This document shows positions 58,557 to 64,000 of a stretch of DNA of 64,000 bases, piece by piece. The stretch lies in NCBI GenBank assembly GCA_963705985.1, contig CAVPLK010000002.1, positions 39,855 to 103,854 on the forward strand, written 5' to 3'. Under the pieces are notes generated by a model. The model made no database searches and was not told the origin of the DNA. It worked only from the letters and a program-made list of their open reading frames with translations. Each line of letters begins with the position of its first letter. Positions within the stretch are counted from its first letter, which is position 1. Origin of the DNA: an uncultured Gemmatimonadales bacterium. Lineage in GTDB: Bacteria > Gemmatimonadota > Gemmatimonadetes > Gemmatimonadales > GWC2-71-9. A program made the position numbers and the translations under genes.

Positions 58557-58675
58557 AGTGTCCTCGGTGGTGCGGGTGGGGGCAGCGACTGAGGATAGCC
58601 TTTCAAGGCCCGGTGTGGGAAGGACGAGGCATGAGGAACTCTGTGTTGGCACCTCAATCTGTGCACGCCGGGAAC

Positions 58676-59203
58676 CTACCCGCCTGCTGGCCGTTGAAAT
58701 CCGATCTGTTTCGCTGGCTTGGCATTTTCGTGAAGGAGTGCGCGGATCGCATCAAACACAGCCCTGAACTGCTGGTCGTACCGGGCCTCCATCGCATCGA
58801 GCTTCCGGGCCAACTCGGCGTGGGTCCCCAGTGCGACCCGCAGCTTCACAAAGGCCCGAACCACCTGCACACTCGTCTCCACGGCCACCTGGCTCTTGAG
58901 CACACTGGCCAGCATCACCGCGCCGTGCTCGGTGAAGGCCATAGGCACATGTCGACGCCCGCCCCACGCCCCACTTGAGGTCGCAATTTGCGACCTCAAG
59001 TTGGCGGCTTCCTCCGGCGTCAGTTGGAACGCAAAGTCGCCCGGAAATCGCGCCCGGTTCCGCCTGACCTGCTCCTTGAGCCGCTTGGTCGTTACGCCGT
59101 AGAGTGCGGCCAGGTCGGAGTCCAGCATCACCCGGTGCCCTCGCACCTCCCGGATCAGGCTGGCTACTCCCTCGACCACCACCGGATTCTCACTCTCGGG
59201 CAT
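58676..59203 (-). CDS. ORF6N (KilA-N-related) domain DNA-binding protein
   Basis: IREVRGHRVMLDSDLAALYGVTTKRLKEQVRRNRARFPGDFAFQLT...HVPMAFTEHGAVMLASVL matches the ORF6N family pattern. Confidence 0.8.
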   Translation of the reverse strand: MPESENPVVVEGVASLIREVRGHRVMLDSDLAALYGVTTKRLKEQVRRNRARFPGDFAFQLTPEEAANLRSQIATSSGAWGGRRHVPMAFTEHGAVMLASVLKSQVAVETSVQVVRAFVKLRVALGTHAELARKLDAMEARYDQQFRAVFDAIRALLHENAKPAKQIGFQRPAGG

Positions 59204-59312
59204 CTCACCCCCGCCTCGCTCGGTGGGAATGAAGGATGGCTCGCGTGTTCAGGAACCCAGTCATCCAAATCCTGCGAGCTAGACCCCGCAATCGCGAGGG
59301 TGAGAGGAAGGA

Positions 59313-59339
59313 CTGGACCCACGCTTTCGCGGGGGTGAC
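59313..59339. repeat. Inverted, slightly degenerate copy of the GTCACCCCCGC gaaa GCGTGGGTCCAG hairpin module
   Basis: CTGGACCCACGCTTTCGCGGGGGTGAC. Confidence 0.75.
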
Positions 59340-59523
59340 GGCCATGCAGAAAGCCCCACCGCAGAAGTCGCAGTGAGGCAGTGAGTTACTGAGCGGAGCG
59401 GAGAGCGCGGGGTCGGGGGGGAGCGACCGTCTGGGGCCGACTTGCAAAACCATCGGGCTCCGGGGCTGGCGGCTCGTAACGTAACTCTTAGGATACAGGC
59501 TCACCACAAACCGAGGGGTTCCA

Positions 59524-59877
59524 ATGCGCTATGTCGACAGCTTTGTCCTGCCGATCCCCACCAAGAACCTCAAGAAGTACCTGGGCATGGCACGGCTGGG
59601 GAAGCGGCTGTGGATGAAGCACGGCGCGCTCGCCTACATGGAGTGCGTCGGAGACGATCTCAAGAACGCGTGGGGCGCCACCTTTCCCAAACAGATGAAG
59701 CTGAAGCCGCGCGAGTCGGTGATTGTCGCCTATATCGTGTTCAAGTCCCGGGCCCATCGCGATCGAGTCAACGCCAAGGTGATGAAGGAGCTGATGGGCG
59801 ACGGCGTCGAAATGGAGATGCCGTTCGATCCGAGGCGTGGGTTGTACGGCGGGTTCAAGGTGATCGTGGGGAGTTGA
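59524..59877 (+). CDS. DUF1428 family protein (second paralog)
   Basis: MRYVDSFVLPIPTKNLKKYL...KSRAHRDRVNAKVMKE. Confidence 0.85.
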   Translation: MRYVDSFVLPIPTKNLKKYLGMARLGKRLWMKHGALAYMECVGDDLKNAWGATFPKQMKLKPRESVIVAYIVFKSRAHRDRVNAKVMKELMGDGVEMEMPFDPRRGLYGGFKVIVGS

Positions 59878-59994
59878 GGGGGGGGCTGAGTTGATCTTCG
59901 GGCAGTGAGATCGGATATGGTAAGGCGACAGGCGAAGCCGGCATTCTTGCCCTTGGCACGAGCACCCATCCCGCAAGTCCCCCACGGAGGTCCC

Positions 59995-60942
59995 GTGCGA
60001 GCGACAATCTTGGCCTGCCTCCTATTGGTAACGGCGACCCCTGCGGCGCCCCAGGCCTCCCGGGTCCCCCTGCGCAAGGGAGATCGCGTCTACCTGCGAG
60101 TCCCCCTTCACGAGTTCCACCACGTCCCCACCAAGTTCCGGCTCTGGCTCGCTGAAGCGGCAGTCAGGGATTCGGTCGTGGTGGTCAATGGCGATCCGAA
60201 CTGGCAAAGCTCCGGCTTCCTCTACCCGAACGCGGTGCGCGTGTCTGACATCAGGATCGATGCGCGCAATCACCTCTGGCGTGCTCGATTTGCCCGCGGG
60301 CGGGAGCCTGACCTTACGCTTACGGTGCCCCTTTCGGATACCGCCGCTGTGATCCCCCGATTGGTCGCCGACTCCGCCGACTCCGCTGCGGTCGTCGCAG
60401 AATCCTACGCCGCCATCGGGCGGCGCATCTTCCCGGGAGCCGCTGACTCGCTGCCCGCTCCCATTCTGAGTCGACTCCTGGGCGTCATCGACTCCCTCCT
60501 GGGGGGCGACTCGCTTCGCCTCGTCGACTTCCAGGGCGTGCCGTACGTCGAGATCCCGGCGCCGTCGCCTGAAGGAGTCTACGTCTACTCGAACCTGCCA
60601 CCGCCCCGGCAACGTGGTGCGGTGATGAACAAGCTGGTCATTCCGATCGTCTGCCATCTCGGGCGTGCCGACACGAGTTTGCCCCGATCGCTCCGGTTCA
60701 GCATTCCGGTTCGAGTGACGGTGTACGACTACGTCCCGACGGGGATCGTGGTCGCAGACCTGTTGCTCGGAACGGGAGCCACGACGTCACGTGGGAAGCC
60801 GGCGTATCAGGACGTGACCTTCTACTTTGACGGAGAACTGGCCTCTCGGTTTGCCGCTGGTGCCATTTCGAGCCAGGAGCTGGTGGATCAGTCCGTGGCG
60901 ATCCTGAAGGGCAGTTATGTGGGGGTGGACCTCTCCCAATAG
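59995..60942 (+). CDS. Hypothetical secreted protein
   Basis: GGAGG lies 4 nt upstream of the GTG at 59995. The signal peptide is VRATILACLLLVTATPAAPQAS. About 315 aa with no family I recognise. Confidence 0.55.
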   Translation: MRATILACLLLVTATPAAPQASRVPLRKGDRVYLRVPLHEFHHVPTKFRLWLAEAAVRDSVVVVNGDPNWQSSGFLYPNAVRVSDIRIDARNHLWRARFARGREPDLTLTVPLSDTAAVIPRLVADSADSAAVVAESYAAIGRRIFPGAADSLPAPILSRLLGVIDSLLGGDSLRLVDFQGVPYVEIPAPSPEGVYVYSNLPPPRQRGAVMNKLVIPIVCHLGRADTSLPRSLRFSIPVRVTVYDYVPTGIVVADLLLGTGATTSRGKPAYQDVTFYFDGELASRFAAGAISSQELVDQSVAILKGSYVGVDLSQ

Positions 60943-61056
60943 GGCGTACGCCCATCGCGTGGGTCGTGCCCTGGGGCCCGTTTGGCTGGAATTATCGGAG
61001 GGGGAAGATTTTGCCAAAGTCCCGCAAGGCCTTGGCGCAGCCGAAGGTGAACGAAG

Positions 61057-61098
61057 TGGAGCGGAGGGGGATCGAACCCCTGACCCCCTGCTTGCAAA
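61057..61098 (-). other. 3' fragment of a tRNA-Ala(UGC) gene (anticodon loop to discriminator); putative attachment-site remnant
   Basis: The minus strand reads TTTGCAA (loop, anticodon TGC) GCAGG GGGTC AGGGG TTCGATC CCCCT CCGCTCC A. This gives a perfect T arm, a 5-nt variable loop and a 3' acceptor with U70 (Ala identity). No D arm or 5' acceptor exists upstream (CCAAC replaces CCTGC and the homology stops there). Confidence 0.7.
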
Positions 61099-61174
61099 GT
61101 TGGATCGTAAGTCATTGTCCTGCAACAACTTGTAGCACTCACGCGTCGTTCTGGGCATCGGTGTTGTGAGTCGG

Positions 61175-61199
61175 GGGCCCGAAAGGGCCCTTTTGTTGT
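61175..61199 (+). terminator. Rho-independent terminator-like hairpin
   Basis: GGGCCC gaaa GGGCCC (a perfect 6-bp GC stem) followed by TTTTGTTGT. Confidence 0.6.
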
Positions 61200-61205
61200 C
61201 CTGGA

Positions 61206-61636
61206 CACACAACAAAACACACAACAGGGGCCGATTTCGGCTGAAATCGTGGTTCGTTCGCCACATTCCATTTGCAGGCCGGAAGAAGAATTCCGCAACG
61301 ACTGCCAGTGCAGTTAACTTGTTGTCTTGTCTAGCGTTACTGGTCACTTCAGCGCCCCTCCATTTCACCCAACTCACAACAGACTCACAACGGTTACCCC
61401 CTTTGGATTTCGTAAGCAGGGGGTCGAGCTGATTCCAATAACTGAAGGCAGGGGGTCAGCGGTTTGATCTGAACTCACAACAGAAAGCCTGGTTCTCCCG
61501 CACCAACTCATGACAGAAGGGCTACTCCGCCGCCCGAACTCACAACAAATACGCAACGCTGATTCCATTTCGCCGAGGAAAGCAGGGGGTCCGAGGAAGG
61601 CAGGGGGTCGGAATGTTTGAGTTGGGCTCGCAACAG
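61206..61636 (+). repeat. Phased array of short direct repeats C(T/A)CACAACA(G/A), with companion motifs GCAGGGGGTC (x4) and GCTGATTCCA (x2)
   Basis: Direct copies start at 61206, 61218, 61372, 61383, 61473, 61506 (degenerate), 61538 and 61627 (CTCGCAACAG). Inverted copies are at 61163-61171 and 61618-61624. GCAGGGGGTC is at 61416, 61448, 61582 and 61600. GCTGATTCCA is at 61428 and 61558. The hairpin GATTTC ggct GAAATC is at 61233-61248. Confidence 0.75.
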
Positions 61637-61773
61637 GGACGCCTGCCGAGGTATTTTGGACCTGAGGGCGGTATCGTGGAAAACTGGGAAATCCCCACCA
61701 CGCGTTCACGATGGCAGCCCAACGGACGTTCGTCCGGGCGTATCTGAGTCTTGTACTGACCCTGGAGTAAGAC

Positions 61774-62157
61774 ATGGCCCCGCGTCGCACAGTGCTATTG
61801 CTTCTTCCACTCGCGGTGCTGGCGATCGCGGCTTGTGCTTCCGGCTCCGCCATCGTTACAGGCGACACGAGGCCAGCGGTCCCTCAGGAGCAAGTGAAGA
61901 TCTATCTCGAACCACCAGACACGTTCGAGGTGATTGGCCTCGTCAGTGCATCCAGCGACGCCGGATGGACGGATCAAGGATCACTGAACTATGCGATTGC
62001 AGAGTTGAAGAAGCAGGCTGCGAAGCTTGGAGCGAATGGAGTGCTCATAGTCGCCACTGGCGAGACGACGACAGGTGTTGTTAATGGGAAGTACTATTCC
62101 ATCCCTGTCACCGCGAAGACCGTTCAAGGCAAGGCCATCTTCGTCAAAGAGCAGTAG
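61774..62157 (+). CDS. Small lipoprotein (127 aa), cassette-like ORF 1
   Basis: GGAG lies 7 nt upstream of the ATG. The signal and lipobox are MAPRRTVLLLLPLAVLAIAAC. The C-terminal part (AIAELKKQAAKLGANGVLIV) resembles the small DUF4156/YbjQ-like lipoprotein fold families; this is inference. Confidence 0.65.
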   Translation: MAPRRTVLLLLPLAVLAIAACASGSAIVTGDTRPAVPQEQVKIYLEPPDTFEVIGLVSASSDAGWTDQGSLNYAIAELKKQAAKLGANGVLIVATGETTTGVVNGKYYSIPVTAKTVQGKAIFVKEQ

Positions 62158-62225
62158 GCAGTGACGTCAAAGGTGCGGTCTTACCAGCACGTGCAGCTGC
62201 GGAGTACGCGCTGGCTCTGGCGGCC

Positions 62226-62318
62226 GCCGCACCGTAGGTTCTAACTGAGGGCGACGCGGCGGCTGCCACGCAGCGCCCTCGCAGCTGATACGCCAGTCGG
62301 TAGGCAGCTCAGTTCACA
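62226..62318 (+). repeat. attC-like GC-rich imperfect palindrome, copy 1
   Basis: GCCGCAC..AGGTTCTAACTGAGGGCGACGCGGCGGCTGCCACGCAGCGCCCTCGCAGCTGATACGCCAGTCGGTAGGCAGCTCAGTTCACA. GAGGGCG (62247-53) pairs with CGCCCTC (62274-80). It is alignable to copies 2 and 3. Confidence 0.45.
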
Positions 62319-62336
62319 TCTTCGTGCAGGCGGCCA

Positions 62337-63251
62337 GTGGACCTTTCCCAGGTGTTTCAGCTCTTCAGCCGGCGCCAAGCGCCAGCGGTCAAAGGCCTCA
62401 AGACGCTCACCGAAGAATTCCGGAATAGAGTTCTGATGAGGGTGCGCGACACATTTGGACACTCGGGATACGATCTTCACCTTTGGACGGAGGTTCATCA
62501 GAAACTCACCTACTTGGTCGGAAAGCTAAGCCTCACTGGCATTCCGGCCTCTCAAGGCCACCAGGTGGACGTGCTGCGATTCCTCGCGACCTGCTCAGAT
62601 GCCCATTTCCTAGATTTTATCGAGGCGGTGTTTCAGACTAGCGCGATCGATCGCATCACCAATACCGCCCAGCTGGCGCTGGTCCGTGATATCAACACAT
62701 TCTTCAGCATCGACGATCTACCATACGCCCTCACCGATTTCGTCTGGGTGACTGGCACATCCGTCGTCCACGGCTCTACCCACACGGTGATGACCCGGAC
62801 CGCCATTCCGCAGGTTCTCTTGAAGGAGTCTGGCTCCATTCACGAGACCATCGTCAAACCGGTACTTGAACTGATCGCCGACCCGCGCTTCAGTGTCGTG
62901 AACACCGAGTACAGGGAGGCGTTGCAGGACTATCGCAAATTGGACTATGGGGATTGCCTTACCAAGTGCGGGAGTGCCTTCGAGAGCACACTCAAGGTGA
63001 TCTGCAGCGCCAATAGGTGGCCCTTTTCACCAAACGACACTGCTGCGCCACTGCTCAAGACAGTTGTCTCGAGGTCAAGCCTCGATGGGTATTTTGAACA
63101 GCCGTTAATGTTGATCGCAACGGTCCGGAACCGCTTGAGCAAGTCTCACGGCGGTGGGACCGTCCCTCGGGAGGCAGAAAAGCACGTCGCTGAATGGGCC
63201 ATGAACGCAACGGGTGCTGCCATCCTATTGCTGGTCCAAGAATGTTTGTAA
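62337..63251 (+). CDS. AbiJ-like abortive-infection protein (AbiJ N-terminal domain + C-terminal HEPN-type RNase domain)
   Basis: The N-terminus VFQLFSRRQ...LTEEFRNRVLMRVRDTF matches the AbiJ N-terminal pattern (FS-x-R ... LRNRLW). The C-terminus has the HEPN R-x4-6-H signature in ATVRNRLSKSHGGG, preceded by a conserved acidic helix (GSAFESTLKVI). Confidence 0.6.
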   Translation: MDLSQVFQLFSRRQAPAVKGLKTLTEEFRNRVLMRVRDTFGHSGYDLHLWTEVHQKLTYLVGKLSLTGIPASQGHQVDVLRFLATCSDAHFLDFIEAVFQTSAIDRITNTAQLALVRDINTFFSIDDLPYALTDFVWVTGTSVVHGSTHTVMTRTAIPQVLLKESGSIHETIVKPVLELIADPRFSVVNTEYREALQDYRKLDYGDCLTKCGSAFESTLKVICSANRWPFSPNDTAAPLLKTVVSRSSLDGYFEQPLMLIATVRNRLSKSHGGGTVPREAEKHVAEWAMNATGAAILLLVQECL

Positions 63252-63265
63252 TCGCTAATGGAGCC

Positions 63266-63352
63266 GCCGAACCAGCGCATGCAGGTGACGAGGGCGCATG
63301 TCTTGCGGCCGCGCCGCCGGCGCCCTCGCCGCTGATGCGCGTTTCGTTAGGC
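63266..63352 (+). repeat. attC-like GC-rich imperfect palindrome, copy 2 (best preserved, 87 bp)
   Basis: It begins GCCGAAC (63266-72; compare R'' RYYYAAC) and ends GTTAGGC (63346-52; R' GTTRRRY); these are complementary at 6 of 7 positions. The arms CAGCGCATGCAGGTGACGAGGGCG and CGCCCTCGCCGCTGATGCGCG pair with bulges. Confidence 0.5.
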
Positions 63353-63395
63353 CGCCCGCGTCAGATGTAATTTCATCTCGCCATTGGGAACCCGA

Positions 63396-63917
63396 ATGCC
63401 CAGGAAACATGCGTTATCGCAATACCACTGTGGCGTGGCGGCGGAAGCGTTTGCAGCCGGCTTGCTGGCGCGGTGCGGCTGCGACGTACTGGTGCAATAC
63501 GGCGCCAATCAGCCCGAATACGACCTCGTGGCAAAGCGTGCACAGCAGGCTCTATGGATCTCGGTAAAGGGTAGCCAGGACGGCGGCTGGGGCTTAACCC
63601 AGTCGTTCAAGAAACCAGGCGTGTCGTACGCTGAGGCCGCCAAGGCGTGGGCTGCGAAGCATGATCCGCGAATCATTATGTGCTTTGTGCAGTTCAAAGA
63701 CGTGGCAATCGACGCATGTCCCGAAGTCTATCTGGCACCAATCGGGGACGTAGCGAAGCAGATGGTCAAAGCGCGGAACGGCCTCGGAGATACCACGATC
63801 CAGACATTCCACACTTGGGCCACTGGCCAATGTGCAGGTTGGACTGACGCGATCCCTTCCTCCTGGAGTTTCTCTGCCAAACGGCTTGATCAGATGTTTG
63901 AATGGGCGGCGGCCTAG
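63396..63917 (+). CDS. PD-(D/E)xK nuclease-fold protein (hypothetical)
   Basis: The order of elements is AAEAFAAGLL (helix with Glu), EYDLVA (Asp strand), then WISVKGS (S-x-K strand). This is the classic restriction-endonuclease-like core. The start is ATG 63396 (TTG 63384 is possible). Confidence 0.5.
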   Translation: MPRKHALSQYHCGVAAEAFAAGLLARCGCDVLVQYGANQPEYDLVAKRAQQALWISVKGSQDGGWGLTQSFKKPGVSYAEAAKAWAAKHDPRIIMCFVQFKDVAIDACPEVYLAPIGDVAKQMVKARNGLGDTTIQTFHTWATGQCAGWTDAIPSSWSFSAKRLDQMFEWAAA

Positions 63918-63940
63918 CCAGCGCATACCGCTGGCAAGGG

Positions 63941-64000
63941 CGCGCTGGCTTGGGCGGACGCCACGCCTTAGGTTGTGAACTGAGGATGCCGCGGCGGCTG
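63941..64000 (+). repeat. attC-like element, copy 3 (left arm only; truncated by the window end)
   Basis: GCGCTGGCTTGGGCGGACGCCACGCCTTAGGTTGTGAACTGAGGATGCCGCGGCGGCTG aligns base-for-base with the left arm of copy 1. TGTGAAC (63974-80) is the exact reverse complement of GTTCACA at 62312-18. Confidence 0.45.

Larger units (their letters stand above)
61057..64000. mobile_element. Putative end of an integrated genomic island (continues beyond the window end)
   Basis: It starts at the tRNA-Ala 3' fragment. G+C drops visibly (roughly mid-50s percent against high-60s elsewhere). It holds a repeat-rich non-coding arm, cassette-like ORFs and defence-type gene content. The tRNA orientation predicts the intact tRNA and an integrase to the right of 64000. 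Confidence 0.5.

Noticed and set aside
61057-61130. An intact tRNA gene
   Set aside because: Only the segment from the anticodon loop to the discriminator is present. The 30 nt where the 5' acceptor and D arm should be (…GCAGGACAATGACTTACGAT) have no tRNA features.
60787-61868. 196-aa and 164-aa minus-strand ORFs (and smaller ones) across the 60.9-61.8 kb region
   Set aside because: They run through the tRNA fragment, the terminator hairpin and the short-repeat array. Their composition is erratic with no start context. I treat the region as non-coding.

Overview
High-GC (about two-thirds G+C by eye) bacterial chromosomal window. I support about 55 protein genes, no rRNA, no intact tRNA and no CRISPR array. 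The gene content and repeat types suggest a soil bacterium such as a Gemmatimonadota-like lineage, but that is a low-confidence guess I cannot verify here. Positions 1-53 kb are mostly core metabolism and envelope functions: a 2-oxoacid dehydrogenase E1 pair, an H+-pyrophosphatase, an inositol-phosphate synthase plus CDP-alcohol transferase pair, a NamZ/NagZ/AmiE-like/transporter/kinase peptidoglycan-salvage cluster, a TonB-ExbB-ExbD-ExbD-TonB block, an operon with two kinases and one response regulator, MnSOD, M61, M1 and two M14 peptidases, two CPA2 antiporters, a ClC channel and a sulfatase. Four things stand out. (1) From about 61.06 kb to the window end there is a lower-GC island. It begins at a 3' fragment of tRNA-Ala(UGC), continues through a 600-bp non-coding stretch with phased short direct repeats, and ends in three same-strand small ORFs, each followed by a related GC-rich imperfect palindrome with integron attC-like cores. 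Two of these ORFs look like an AbiJ-type HEPN protein and a PD-(D/E)xK nuclease, so this is a candidate defence cassette. (2) I found at least 13 reading-frame breaks in otherwise well-conserved genes, and 11 of them fall within 29.3-39.2 kb. (3) A modular family of short palindromic or G-rich intergenic repeats occupies at least 13 intergenic loci and supplies the stop codons of two genes. (4) A membrane-anchored SARP/BTAD-AAA regulator carries an extracytoplasmic Ig-like domain. Two perfect 11-bp tandem repeats lie in the promoter it shares with a divergent Ig-like/beta-propeller lipoprotein gene. Many long ORFs in the supplied track are antisense shadows typical of high-GC DNA, and I rejected them.
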